DNA from: Pseudomonadales bacterium
GTDB taxonomy: Bacteria; Patescibacteriota; Microgenomatia; UBA1400; PJMF01
DNA: 64,000 nucleotides
Reading direction: 5' to 3'
NCBI GenBank assembly: GCA_020632265.1
Contig: JACKFW010000001.1
Location: 791,272-855,271 of the forward strand
A program made the position numbers and the translations under genes. Numbering within the stretch: position 1 is the stretch's first letter; the number at the start of each line of letters is the position of its first letter. Positions 10,659 through 21,289 of this stretch are shown piece after piece. The notes under the pieces are model-generated. The model did not search any database, was not told where the DNA came from, and saw only the letters and a program-made list of their open reading frames with translations.

Positions 10659-11411
10659 TTAATATCCTGGAACTGCTACATAAACAATTCCCGTTTCATA
10701 TGTACCACTAGCTTGAATGCTACTAATCCCAGCCTTGTATGTTACCGTAGATTGTCTTTGATTAGCAATATTAATAGAGCTCATGACAACTTGCATGATG
10801 TCAGCTGTTTCATTGTCAGCAAAGTTTTTATAGTATGTGCTATTTATAAAGTTAGCTGGAATATCATCACCAGACATATTATATCCAAATCCAGCAATTG
10901 ATTGGTCGTTCCATACTCCAGCTACTATATGAGTACAAGATCCAGTATTGCAAGTGGTGTCCTCGATTTCATCTATTCCATTGGTGTGTCTAAGAGGATG
11001 TAGTTCGTAAGCATAAATAGTATAACCTCCAGCACCTCTAGTATTTATTGTTAAATTATGTGAATCCGTTGAATGAACTCCTTCAAATAATTCTCCAAAA
11101 TCAACTAAGGTTTTTGATATGGCAAAACTAAATTGGTCTATTTGATATATGTATTGAAATCCACTTCCAACAAAGTATGTTGAACTTCCATATGATCCAT
11201 AAGGTCCAGAAGCAGTTTGACCGACCGTATCTGTAACATTGTAGGTGGCGCTACTTTTTTCTCCAGATGTTACATTGAAATTGCCAAATTGAATAATCCA
11301 GGAATCAGAACTAAGATTCTCGGCTGAAACTTTTTTTGCAGTAAAAATGAAGATCAATGTCAACACAGGGATCAATGAGATAATTATTAAGTTTTTTTTC
11401 ACGCCGTTCAT
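10659..11411 (-). CDS. Secreted hypothetical protein (250 aa).
   Basis: It has a signal peptide (LIIISLIPVLTLIFIFTAKKVSA). It is co-directional with the surface-protein cluster. Confidence 0.5.
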   Translation of the reverse strand: MNGVKKNLIIISLIPVLTLIFIFTAKKVSAENLSSDSWIIQFGNFNVTSGEKSSATYNVTDTVGQTASGPYGSYGSSTYFVGSGFQYIYQIDQFSFAISKTLVDFGELFEGVHSTDSHNLTINTRGAGGYTIYAYELHPLRHTNGIDEIEDTTCNTGSCTHIVAGVWNDQSIAGFGYNMSGDDIPANFINSTYYKNFADNETADIMQVVMSSINIANQRQSTVTYKAGISSIQASGTYETGIVYVAVPGY

Positions 11412-12145
11412 GATTCTGTTTTGTCTAAGGTTTCATTCTCTTTGATTTTTTCAAGAATTTTGTCACTTTCACTTAAAATTAAGGAAATTTGACTTTTGAT
11501 TGTTTCGATTTCTTTTTCATTTTTTGATTCCAAATCCTCAAGGGCAATTAATTTGGGTTTTAAGAAGCTCGAAATAAAACTTTCAAGGGAGTGTTCACTT
11601 CTAGTTAAATTATTTATTTCAATTTCTTCCTTTTGAATAATTGAATGACTAATTTGAGCATCATTATATTGTTTTCGTGCAAATAGGAAGAGAATTAGCA
11701 TAATTGGAGTGGTCAAAATTGTTGCAATTTCGCTTATAGAAAATGATGGAGAAATTGCATAATGGAATAACAAGGTAGACATAGCAACTGCAATAGAAGT
11801 AGTTTCTTTTGTGCTCATGACGAGTATAAAAAGGTGAATGTATACGAATGGATAAAAAACTGATTCAATATTTCCAGTTGATCCAACCAGAATTAAAATA
11901 GAAAAAGTGATAAACATCATTTCTAGTGAATAATTTTTTGGTAAAATATGCCAAAGCTTGGCATTGTTTATTTTTTTTACTAAAAAATATCCAAGAGTTG
12001 AGAGTGAAAAGGCTTGAAGTGCAAAATTATTTAAAAATGGAGTGGTTAGCCAAAGATATGCCATTAGAACAGAAGAAAGCAATAGCGCAGTATGTTTGGC
12101 AGTAGACATATTATAAGTATATCTCAGTAAATACCTAAACGACAC
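11408..12145 (-). CDS. Polytopic membrane protein (245 aa).
   Basis: It has multiple hydrophobic helices. It overlaps the downstream gene by 4 bp. Confidence 0.5.
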   Translation of the reverse strand: MSFRYLLRYTYNMSTAKHTALLLSSVLMAYLWLTTPFLNNFALQAFSLSTLGYFLVKKINNAKLWHILPKNYSLEMMFITFSILILVGSTGNIESVFYPFVYIHLFILVMSTKETTSIAVAMSTLLFHYAISPSFSISEIATILTTPIMLILFLFARKQYNDAQISHSIIQKEEIEINNLTRSEHSLESFISSFLKPKLIALEDLESKNEKEIETIKSQISLILSESDKILEKIKENETLDKTES

Positions 12146-12195
12146 AACAAATTATCTACGATATAATCAAGCTATCAAAATTTAAGGATTTAATT

Positions 12196-14904
12196 ATGTA
12201 CGATCAAAAGCAAATTGAAGAAAAATGGCAAAAGATTTGGGAAACAAATCGGCTTTTTCAACAAACTGAAAGAATGACTGATCAGTCTTCTAATAATAGT
12301 ATGAAGAAGTTTGCTGATATGGATGGTAAAGAATATTCTGAAAAAGATAATATTTATTTATTGTTTGCATTTGCATATCCTTCTGGCAGCGGGCTTCATG
12401 TGGGGCATGTTGAAAGTAAAACAGCACTGGATATATTGGCTAGATTTTACAGAATGAAAGGCAAAAATGTCTTTTTTCCAGTAGGATGGGATGCTTTTGG
12501 ATTACCAGCTGAAAATTATGCAATTAAAACAGGTGTGCATCCTTCAAAAACCACAGTTGATGCAATCAATACATTCAGAAGACAGATTAAGAGAGTAGGG
12601 ATTTCATATGATTGGGCCAATGAAATTGCTACTAGTCATCCGGAATATTACAAGTGGACTCAGTGGATATTTTTGCAAATGTTTAATAAAGGTTTGGCCT
12701 ATCAAAAAGACGGTAAGGTCAATTGGTGTCCTTCTTGTCAAACAGTTTTGGCAAATGAACAGGTTATTGAAGGCCTGTGTGAACGCTGTGACCATGAGGT
12801 TGAGCAAAAAAATATGAGGCAATGGTATTACCAGATCACAAAATATCAAGATGAATTGATTAGTGGCTTAGATGAAGTTGATTGGCCTGCTGCAACTAAG
12901 GCTCAACAGCTTAATTGGATCGGCAAGAAAATTGGAATAGATATTAGCTATAAGGTTGATGGTTTAGAAAGAACAATCACATGTTTTACCACCAGACCAG
13001 ATACAAACTTTGGAGCAACATTTGTAGTTATTGCACCTGAGCATGAATTAGCAACAGATATTTCTCAAGGAAAAGTAGTACCAACTGAAAACGCCCAGCA
13101 AATTAAAGATAGTGTTATTGAATATTTAGATCAAGCAAGTAAAAAGACAGAGTTAGATCGTCAACAGGAAGGAAAAAAGAAGTCTGGTGTTTTTACTGGG
13201 TTTTATGCACTCAATGATCTGACTGGCAAGAAAATGCCAATTTGGATTTCTGATTTTGTTTTGGGCGGATTTGGCACGGGTGCTGTCGTCGGTGTTCCTG
13301 GTCATGACGTTAGAGATTTTCAGTTTGCTGAATATGTTAATAGTTTAGCTTCAAATAATGAATTGAAAGATCAAGTCAGTATTGAAACTAATCATCAAAC
13401 TAAAAATCAAGCCAAGATTCAAATTAATAGTCAAGTACATATTCATACGGATAAAATTGAAATAATTAGAGTTGTGGTTGGTCCAGACAAAGATGATTCA
13501 ATAATCAAAGATGTTACTCAAGTCCAGGAAGATCAGGGAAAAATGATAAATTCTGGTTTTTTGGATGGATTGGAGATTCACGAAGCAACAAAAAAAATTA
13601 TGGATTATTTAGAAGAAAAGGGTATTGGCAAGCGTGTTACTTCATATAGATTGCGCGATTGGCTGATTTCCAGACAAAGATATTGGGGAACGCCAATTCC
13701 AATCGTTTATGATCCTGAGGGTAATTCCCATCCAATTGGAGAAGAATATTTGCCATGGAAATTACCAGTTGATGTTGATTTTAAGCCAACCGGAGAGTCG
13801 CCTCTCAAATCTTCTCAAGAATTTATTGATAGAACAAAAAACTTTGTTTCAGATGCCTATTCAGAGTTAATAGAACAAAAAGGTTGGGATAAGTCTGGAG
13901 AAGGGTGGAGACCTGAATTTGATACTATGGATACCTTTGTTGATTCTAGCTGGTATTTTTTGAGATATGTTGATTCTAGAAATCAAGATGCTTTTGCAGC
14001 TCCAGATCAATTAGATAAATGGTTGCCTGTTGACTTGTATATGATTGGTCCAGAGCACATTGTTTTACATTTATTGTATTCAAGATTTTTCACTAAATTT
14101 TTACGAGATGAAGGATGTCTAAATTTTGATGAGCCATTTTTGAAAATGAGACATCAGGGAATGATTTTGGGTCCAGACAATAAAAAAATGAGCAAATCAA
14201 AGGGAAATGTAATTAATCCAGACGAGATTATTGAGAAATTTGGTGCAGATACACTCAGAGTCTATGAGATGTTTATGGGTCCTCTTGATTCAGATAAGCC
14301 TTGGGATATAAGAGCAGTAATTGGCGTTTATAAATTCTTACAAAAAACATATAGACTTGTTTTAGAATCAGAAGCCCAGGTCGTTTCTGGCGAGTTAAAA
14401 ACGGTAATACAAAGAAAATTGCATCAGGCAATTAAAAAAGTTTCTGAAGATTTACCTCAACTGAAATTTAATACGTCCATAGCCTTTTTGATGGAATTTG
14501 TAAATCTGTGGCAAGATGCTATTAGAGAAAATAAGGTAACTTTGTCAAATGAAGATAAAATTTTATTTGTACAAATAATTGCTCCATTTGCTCCATTTTT
14601 AGCAGACGAACTATATTCTAAGCTCACCAACAATATTAATAATGATGGGCAATATAATGGAGTACACATTTCTCATTGGCCTGAATACAATCCAGATTTA
14701 TCCAAAGCAAATTTAGTTAATATACCGGTTCAAATAAATGGCAAGCTAAGAGCTCAGCTTGAGGTTTCAACAGATTTGTTGGATGAAGAAATCATTATTA
14801 TCAATATGGCGTTAGGATTAGAAAATATTCAGAAATATCTTGAGGGAAGAATTATCAAAAAGAAAATTTATGTTCCCGGCAAGATTGTCTCATTAGTTGT
14901 TTAG
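12196..14904 (+). CDS. leuS: Leucyl-tRNA synthetase.
   Basis: It carries the class I HIGH motif (HVGHV) and KMSKS. It is 902 aa. Editing-domain and anticodon-binding regions are recognisable, and the lineage-specific insertion NNELKDQVSIETNHQ... is present. Confidence 0.95.
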   Translation: MYDQKQIEEKWQKIWETNRLFQQTERMTDQSSNNSMKKFADMDGKEYSEKDNIYLLFAFAYPSGSGLHVGHVESKTALDILARFYRMKGKNVFFPVGWDAFGLPAENYAIKTGVHPSKTTVDAINTFRRQIKRVGISYDWANEIATSHPEYYKWTQWIFLQMFNKGLAYQKDGKVNWCPSCQTVLANEQVIEGLCERCDHEVEQKNMRQWYYQITKYQDELISGLDEVDWPAATKAQQLNWIGKKIGIDISYKVDGLERTITCFTTRPDTNFGATFVVIAPEHELATDISQGKVVPTENAQQIKDSVIEYLDQASKKTELDRQQEGKKKSGVFTGFYALNDLTGKKMPIWISDFVLGGFGTGAVVGVPGHDVRDFQFAEYVNSLASNNELKDQVSIETNHQTKNQAKIQINSQVHIHTDKIEIIRVVVGPDKDDSIIKDVTQVQEDQGKMINSGFLDGLEIHEATKKIMDYLEEKGIGKRVTSYRLRDWLISRQRYWGTPIPIVYDPEGNSHPIGEEYLPWKLPVDVDFKPTGESPLKSSQEFIDRTKNFVSDAYSELIEQKGWDKSGEGWRPEFDTMDTFVDSSWYFLRYVDSRNQDAFAAPDQLDKWLPVDLYMIGPEHIVLHLLYSRFFTKFLRDEGCLNFDEPFLKMRHQGMILGPDNKKMSKSKGNVINPDEIIEKFGADTLRVYEMFMGPLDSDKPWDIRAVIGVYKFLQKTYRLVLESEAQVVSGELKTVIQRKLHQAIKKVSEDLPQLKFNTSIAFLMEFVNLWQDAIRENKVTLSNEDKILFVQIIAPFAPFLADELYSKLTNNINNDGQYNGVHISHWPEYNPDLSKANLVNIPVQINGKLRAQLEVSTDLLDEEIIIINMALGLENIQKYLEGRIIKKKIYVPGKIVSLVV

Positions 14905-14959
14905 TGGGGCTTTCTATTTCGCTACACTTTCGTAAAGAAACGTAGGTTAGATTGACTTT

Positions 14960-15625
14960 ATGTTTGAAGACATAGGAGCAAATCTAACAATTTTTCAGCA
15001 ATTTAAGCAAATAATTTCAATTAATCTCTTAATTCAACTATCTATGTTTGTTATCGGTCTGATTATTTCAGGAATTGGACTTTTTCATTTATTTAGAGAA
15101 AATTCTCAAGAAATAGAATTAACCACCGATGAATCTAGTCAGGTTTGTTCAAAAGACCCCGAATTTGGCAAGATAACCGTAGATGTGGGAGGTGCAATTG
15201 AAAATCCCGGAATTTATGAGCTTCAAAGTGGGAGCAGAATCAATGATTTGATCAATTTAGCCGGTGGTTTTTCAGAAACTGTTGATAAATTTCATATCAA
15301 TAAAATCTTAAATATGGCTTCATTGCTCAGTGATGGTGAAAAAATATATATTCCTACAATTGAAGAAAGTATTGAAAATCAAAACAAGAATAGCCTAAAA
15401 AATCAAAGCGATGAGGGCAATCAAACAGCTACAAATGATTTGACAAACCTCGTTTCAATAAATTCAGGGTCCAAAAGTGAATTAGAAGGCTTGACTGGGA
15501 TAGGTGAAAAAAGAGCGGAGGATATTATTGCAGCACGTCCTTATGAATCAATTAATCAGTTGGTAGACAAAGAAGTGTTGACCGTATCGGTGTTCGAAAA
15601 AATAAAATCTAGCATATCAATTTAA
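14960..15625 (+). CDS. comEA: ComEA-like DNA-binding competence protein (SLBB domain plus C-terminal helix-hairpin-helix).
   Basis: It has an N-terminal TM. The SLBB-like segment GAIENPGIYELQSGSRINDLINLAGG and the HhH segment LEGLTGIGEKRAEDIIAAR are both present. Confidence 0.75.
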   Translation: MFEDIGANLTIFQQFKQIISINLLIQLSMFVIGLIISGIGLFHLFRENSQEIELTTDESSQVCSKDPEFGKITVDVGGAIENPGIYELQSGSRINDLINLAGGFSETVDKFHINKILNMASLLSDGEKIYIPTIEESIENQNKNSLKNQSDEGNQTATNDLTNLVSINSGSKSELEGLTGIGEKRAEDIIAARPYESINQLVDKEVLTVSVFEKIKSSISI

Positions 15626-15748
15626 GTTATTGAGATCTTACTATAGGATTTTGTAATAATAGTGAAAACTTCAAAAAAGTGAAAAAAAAGATAAATAATG
15701 GCAAAAAGGTACAAATGTGGCAATAATAATTATAAACAAATCTAAAGA

Positions 15749-17137
15749 ATGCACAAATTTAGATATGTTTATAACAAAATAATAGATCTGAAAAATATAA
15801 TAAGGATATTTTTATATATACTAATAATATTGCTAATTATGCAATATATATATGTTCGGCATAGATATCCCGATACAATTAAAGTCCGTTTTTTCATGGT
15901 TGTAGTAAATGTGCCTCAAACATGTCAATTTCAGTATAGTTTGTATCAGTTCATTCTACCAGATTGCAAATCACTTAAGCCTGGTGATGTTCTTCAGATT
16001 AGCGGAGTCAGCCACCCCGAGTTTAGCAGAGAGGGTATATGGTCTGATACTGGTTTTTTTCAAAAAAAAGGGTTGATACTTAAGTCTATACGAAAATTTC
16101 AGTTAAATGCCAATTCGTTAGTACTTTGGTTGGTACATTTATGTGAACTATTTACTGAAAAAAAACTTTCTGTGTTAAATGAGTTTTTAAGTCTCTTCAG
16201 GTATGATGAGGCCTACTTGACGGGAAAGCTTGCATTTGGTTTTAGCCAGGACAGATCAAGAGTGGTAGATCACTTATTAAAAATTACAGGGACTCAGTAC
16301 TTAGTTTCAATTTCTGGCTATCATCTTAGTATTTTTATAAATTTACTGCTAAGTTCTATAAGAAAGTTTTATGGAAGAAAATCTATGGGAATTATTTCTT
16401 TTGTTGTTTCAAGTGTCTATATTTTGGCTGTTGGAATCAAAATACCTCTGGTGAGAGCCTATTTAATGCTTATAATTAGCACTGTTTCTTCTAATTTTAT
16501 ACTCCGTCAAAATAGATCAAAATATTTCATTATTGTTGTAGCAATAATGTTTATTTTATTTGATGTATCAATAATAAATAATTCATCATTTCAGCTTTCA
16601 TTCATTGCGACATTATCAATAATTTTATTTTCTGAAAAGTTCAAATCAAATGATTTGGCTAAACTTTATATTTCTGAATCTCTTAATTTTCAAAAGAGCA
16701 TCAAATTTGGAAAATCCAATAATTTTTTTACATTAATTTCAAACTATGTAATTAATTCAGTAAGAATTAGTATTTATGTACAAATTTTACTTCTTCCTCT
16801 CCTAATCTATCATTTTAAAGAACTGAGTCTGATTACAATTATTGCCTCTGCGGCTCTTACTTGGCTCTTACCAGGCATAATAGTTTTAAGTTATAGTTCA
16901 TTATTCTTCTTTCTTCTTGATGTAAATCGATTATTCTCCAGACTAATTATTTTGCCTTTAAGCTTTACTTCTCAATTATTCTTGTCTATTTTAAGATTTT
17001 TTGATTATGAAAAACTAATCATCAAAATTGATTATTTCCCCTGGTGGTATGTGTGTATTTGTTGGTTATTTGCCATGCTCTTTTTCAAATTTTTTCATCC
17101 CAAATTAGATAAAATTAGTCTACTAGATTCATTATGA
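15749..17137 (+). CDS. comEC: ComEC/Rec2 competence channel, membrane part (462 aa).
   Basis: It is a polytopic membrane protein. It lies immediately after comEA and overlaps the following MBL-domain ORF (ATGA). Confidence 0.65.
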   Translation: MHKFRYVYNKIIDLKNIIRIFLYILIILLIMQYIYVRHRYPDTIKVRFFMVVVNVPQTCQFQYSLYQFILPDCKSLKPGDVLQISGVSHPEFSREGIWSDTGFFQKKGLILKSIRKFQLNANSLVLWLVHLCELFTEKKLSVLNEFLSLFRYDEAYLTGKLAFGFSQDRSRVVDHLLKITGTQYLVSISGYHLSIFINLLLSSIRKFYGRKSMGIISFVVSSVYILAVGIKIPLVRAYLMLIISTVSSNFILRQNRSKYFIIVVAIMFILFDVSIINNSSFQLSFIATLSIILFSEKFKSNDLAKLYISESLNFQKSIKFGKSNNFFTLISNYVINSVRISIYVQILLLPLLIYHFKELSLITIIASAALTWLLPGIIVLSYSSLFFFLLDVNRLFSRLIILPLSFTSQLFLSILRFFDYEKLIIKIDYFPWWYVCICWLFAMLFFKFFHPKLDKISLLDSL

Positions 17138-18060
17138 AACTAAATATTTTTAAAATTGGAATTATTTGTTTTTTGGCTTGGCTCATATTTATATTGGCTT
17201 CACAGTGGCCTGATGATTTAGCACACATTATTTTTTGTGATGTGGGGCAGGGTGATGCGATTCTAATTATTCACAAAAATAGACAAATGCTAATTGATGG
17301 AGGTCCCGACGATTCTGTAATTAATTGTTTGGAAGAAAATATGCCATTTTGGGATCGCACGTTAGATTTCTTAATAATTTCTCATATGGATCTTGATCAC
17401 ATCGGAGGCTTACCTACTGTCTTATCAAGATATTCGGTCAATATTATTCTTAGAACCATAACAACAAAAAAAACAGCCGATTTTGAAGCTCTTGAAACTG
17501 CCGTCTCGAGGAAAAGCTCCCATAATACTCAAATCTTAGCTCCTTATGTAGGTCAACATTTAAAATTGAGTCATTTAGTAGATTCAATAGTCATTTCACC
17601 TCAAGTTACGTATGGTAAGATTAATGCGGATATTTTGGTTAAAACCGAAACAATATTATCGGATAATAATGCTCAATTTTCCTCAATAATTGATGAAAAC
17701 ATTAGTGAGAATGACCGATCTATAGTTCTAATTGTTCTTTTTCAAGATGTGAGATTATTACTGACTGGTGACTTGGAGAAACCAGGAGAATTAGCAGTTC
17801 TTGAGTCTGGTTTGACAGAACCTATCAACATAATAAAAGTGGGGCATCATGGGTCAAAATCAAGTTCTACCAGACCATTTATTGAAGCTTTTAGACCCGA
17901 AATTGCAGTCATTAGTAGTGGCAAAAATAACCAATATAATCATCCATTTCCTCAAGTAATTGACCTTTTTAATGAGCTTGGAGTAGATATTTATCGAACA
18001 GACACCCTAGGAAGTGTCAAGTTTGCTACCGATGGTTCCAATTACTGGAGGGTAAATTGA
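17134..18060 (+). CDS. ComEC C-terminal metallo-beta-lactamase-fold domain, encoded as a separate overlapping ORF.
   Basis: HMDLDHIGG (HxHxDH) and GHHGS motifs are present. It has an N-terminal TM. Confidence 0.75.
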   Translation: MKLNIFKIGIICFLAWLIFILASQWPDDLAHIIFCDVGQGDAILIIHKNRQMLIDGGPDDSVINCLEENMPFWDRTLDFLIISHMDLDHIGGLPTVLSRYSVNIILRTITTKKTADFEALETAVSRKSSHNTQILAPYVGQHLKLSHLVDSIVISPQVTYGKINADILVKTETILSDNNAQFSSIIDENISENDRSIVLIVLFQDVRLLLTGDLEKPGELAVLESGLTEPINIIKVGHHGSKSSSTRPFIEAFRPEIAVISSGKNNQYNHPFPQVIDLFNELGVDIYRTDTLGSVKFATDGSNYWRVN

Positions 18061-18276
18061 TTCAAAATGGGTCAGAATATTACTATTTTCGAGAAAAATG
18101 GACTAAAATTACTTGTTTTTAGCTTTTTTAATTTTTAAGTTGAGCAATTAGAACTAAATTACGTTTGAAAATCTGTTGCAAATATCAATTTTTAATTTTA
18201 AGTTATGCCCTAATTATTTTTATGCAGTAAAATTCAAATTTAATCATTTTTTCAAAATCAATTAGCATACTTAATT

Positions 18277-18360
18277 ATGCGATCGCGGTTTTCTAATATG
18301 CGATCGCGGTTTTCTAATATGCAACAGTGGTTTTCTAATTTGTGATTATGGTTTTCCAAT
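18277..18360. repeat. Four tandem 21-bp units (ATGCGATCGCGGTTTTCTAAT and degenerating copies). They contain the palindrome GCGATCGC.
   Basis: Seen directly. The first two units are identical and later ones are degenerate. Confidence 0.7.
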
Positions 18361-19047
18361 ATTTGTTTAGCATTAAAATTTTTATGTCTAAAGTGTCTAG
18401 TAAATGTAAATGTCACAACCAAATTTTGGATACAATTTAAATTACATTCCATTCTAAACCGAGAAAAAGATTACTCATTTTAATCAATATTCAAAACTAG
18501 TTGGTGATAAATTTAGAAATATTAACGTGACTTTGATAGGGTCAAAAAAATTATTAAATTGACCAAAATTGATTTTTTTCATCTGTTATTGCTTTAAAAA
18601 AATTAGATTTGTTGGGCAGATTAATTTGTAAAATATTATAAACATGACAATCTAAATTTTTAAGATGTTTAGCGAAAGTAAACCGAAGATTATTATTATT
18701 ATTTAAAATATTGAACACATTTATTTATTCATATAAAATGAAATTTTTACTAAAAATTGAATGACAAAAAGAGTATATATAGTACTCAAATATATTCGGT
18801 TCTTATTCGGTTCGAGCATGTATCCAAATTGTATTAATTAAAATTGTTATTCATTCATCAGCTTGATTAATTTATTGTTCTGAATGTATCGCAAGTGGTT
18901 ATGGATGCATTGTGAATTGAGGTTTCATAAAGTAAAATATAGTCACAGTTGTTTGATTAAACATTCAACTAAGCATTTACAGAATGTGCAATTTTTCCTA
19001 ATTTCCAATAATTGAGGAACAAATGCTTTTTGCAAATTATTGTTTTT

Positions 19048-19160
19048 AGAAATTATTTTTGATGATCGCGAAATAGTTAGAAATTATTTTTGATGATCGC
19101 GAAATAGCCTTTTAAAAAATTTTAGAATAAACTAAAAATGTTTTAGAATAAACTAAAAAT
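19048..19160. repeat. Two further direct-repeat families upstream of argS: 2 x 30 bp (TAGAAATTATTTTTGATGATCGCGAAATAG) at 19048..19106 and 2 x ~20 bp (TTTTAGAATAAACTAAAAAT) at 19120..19160.
   Basis: Seen directly. They may be regulatory (operator or iteron-like) or slippage products. Confidence 0.65.
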
Positions 19161-19169
19161 ATAGAAAAA

Positions 19170-21260
19170 ATGCAAACTATGAAAATTACTAATGTTTTAA
19201 TCAAAAGTATTACAACCGCGATTCAGATTTTAGGTCTTAACGAATTTGTAGAAAAAGATATTAAGCTTGAACATCCAGCTGATAAGTCTTTTGGTGATTA
19301 TTCAACAAACATTGCCATGGTTTTGTTTGGTAAATTAAAAAATAAACCTGAATTTAATTTTGCTTCTCCAAGAGATTTAGCACAAGCAATTGTTAATTTG
19401 CTCAATGAGGGAGATTCTAGGGGAAACTCAAGGAGAGATTCTAATGGTTCAATATCCGATTTTTCAGAAGATATTTCTAAAATTGAAGTTGCTGGTCCAG
19501 GATTTGTCAATTTTACGTTATCTGACTCATTTTTATTAGCCAAAATGGGCTCGATAGTGGAAAAGAGTGGAGATGTCATAGAGAAGAATTTAGACGGCAA
19601 AAAGGTGATGGTGGAGTTTACAGACCCAAATCCTTTTAAAGAACTCCATATTGGTCACTTGTATAGCAACATTGTGGGCGAAGCGATTGCTAAATCATAT
19701 GAGGCACAAGGTGCTGAGGTTAAAAGAGTTTGTTATCAGGGTGATGTTGGCATGCATGTTTCCAAAAGTATCTGGGGCATGAAATTCTTGATCTCTAGGG
19801 AATTTCCAGAAAAAAAATTAGAACAAGCTCTTAGCGAGTTAGATAAGTTGCTAATTCATGAGAGGGTTTCATTTTTAGGAAAATCTTATGCGACCGGCGC
19901 ATCAAAGTATGAAGATGATGAGAATATAAAAAAAGAAATTCAGAATATTAATTTTTTAGTTTTTATTTGTGCACAAGAAAACCTGGAATCTACCACTGAT
20001 TTTGAAATTAGAGTTGATTATAAAAAATTTATTCCAAACTTTTCACAGGATTCTCAGGAATATCAGGAAATTAAACAACTTTATGTATTTGGTAGAAATT
20101 GGTCACTTGAATATTTTGACTTAATGTACTCACGAATCGGAATGAATTTTGATGAATATTTCTTTGAAAGTTTAGTTGGAGAGTTTGGATATCAGATTGT
20201 TAACAAATTTTTAAAGCAAGGTGTTTTTGAAAAAAGTGATGGAGCAATTATTTTTCCCGGCAGTAAATATGGGTTACATGATAGGGTATTTATCAATTCG
20301 CTGGGGTTTCCGACCTACGAAGCTAAAGAACTCGGTTTGGCTCCAGAGAAATTTCGAAGATATCAATATGATAAATCAATCATAATAACTGGGAATGAAA
20401 TTGATGAGTATTTTAAAGTTCTTTTGAAAGCAATGGAGTTCACCAATCCTGATTTAATGAAAATTACTAAACATTTGTCTCACGGAATGGTCAGATTGCC
20501 TGAGGGCAAAATGTCTTCTAGGACTGGAAAAATAATTACTGCTGAGTGGCTAATAAATGAAGCAAAGGACAGAATCAAAAGTCGCATGTTAGAAACGAGA
20601 CCTGAATTTGGTGAAGAGCAAATAAATACAATTGCTGAAGCTGTTGGATTGGGAGCTATCAAATTTGCATTTTTAAAACAATCAATTGGTAAAGATATTG
20701 CATTTAGTTTCGAAGATTCACTTAGCTTTAGTGGAAACTCCGGTCCATATATTCAATACACGTATGTTAGGTGTCACAGTGTGCTGTTAAAAGCCCAAAA
20801 TGAAATGTCTAGCAACCTTACAGCCGAGGAGAAATCTGAAGATAATACCGCTGATTCAGTTATGGAAAATAATAAAGAGCTAGGTGAAACGGATGAAAAA
20901 GTTTTGAATCATAATATAGACATAGAAAGAGTTATTACTAAACCTATTGATATATTAATTGATAATAAATCATATTTAAATTATCAAATAAATAATGAAG
21001 AAAAAGATATATTACGAAACCTTTACAGATATTCAGATATAGTTGGATCTGTAGCACAAGAATATGCTCCTCACTACTTAGCAAATTATTTATATGAACT
21101 AGCTCAAAGCTTTAATGTTTTTTATGGTTTGTATAAAATTGCTGATCAAAGAAATGACAAGGTGACTACTGACTTTAGATTAATGCTTGTTTATTCAGTT
21201 TCACTAGTCCTTAGACATGGCTTAAATATTTTAGGGATTAAAACAGTTGTAAAAATGTAA
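19170..21260 (+). CDS. argS: Arginyl-tRNA synthetase.
   Basis: N-terminal Arg-tRNA-synthetase add-on domain. HIGH-like ELHIGHLYS. C-terminal DALR anticodon-binding region (YAPHYLANYLYELAQSFN). Confidence 0.9.
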   Translation: MQTMKITNVLIKSITTAIQILGLNEFVEKDIKLEHPADKSFGDYSTNIAMVLFGKLKNKPEFNFASPRDLAQAIVNLLNEGDSRGNSRRDSNGSISDFSEDISKIEVAGPGFVNFTLSDSFLLAKMGSIVEKSGDVIEKNLDGKKVMVEFTDPNPFKELHIGHLYSNIVGEAIAKSYEAQGAEVKRVCYQGDVGMHVSKSIWGMKFLISREFPEKKLEQALSELDKLLIHERVSFLGKSYATGASKYEDDENIKKEIQNINFLVFICAQENLESTTDFEIRVDYKKFIPNFSQDSQEYQEIKQLYVFGRNWSLEYFDLMYSRIGMNFDEYFFESLVGEFGYQIVNKFLKQGVFEKSDGAIIFPGSKYGLHDRVFINSLGFPTYEAKELGLAPEKFRRYQYDKSIIITGNEIDEYFKVLLKAMEFTNPDLMKITKHLSHGMVRLPEGKMSSRTGKIITAEWLINEAKDRIKSRMLETRPEFGEEQINTIAEAVGLGAIKFAFLKQSIGKDIAFSFEDSLSFSGNSGPYIQYTYVRCHSVLLKAQNEMSSNLTAEEKSEDNTADSVMENNKELGETDEKVLNHNIDIERVITKPIDILIDNKSYLNYQINNEEKDILRNLYRYSDIVGSVAQEYAPHYLANYLYELAQSFNVFYGLYKIADQRNDKVTTDFRLMLVYSVSLVLRHGLNILGIKTVVKM

Positions 21261-21289
21261 ATTGTTCTAAAAGATGTATAATCCTCATT

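Noticed and set aside
18277-18360. GCGATCGC (cyanobacterial HIP1 palindrome) taken as a lineage marker.
   Set aside because: It is a single local repeat family in an AT-rich, non-cyanobacterial gene context (CPR-like content). It is not evidence of cyanobacterial origin.
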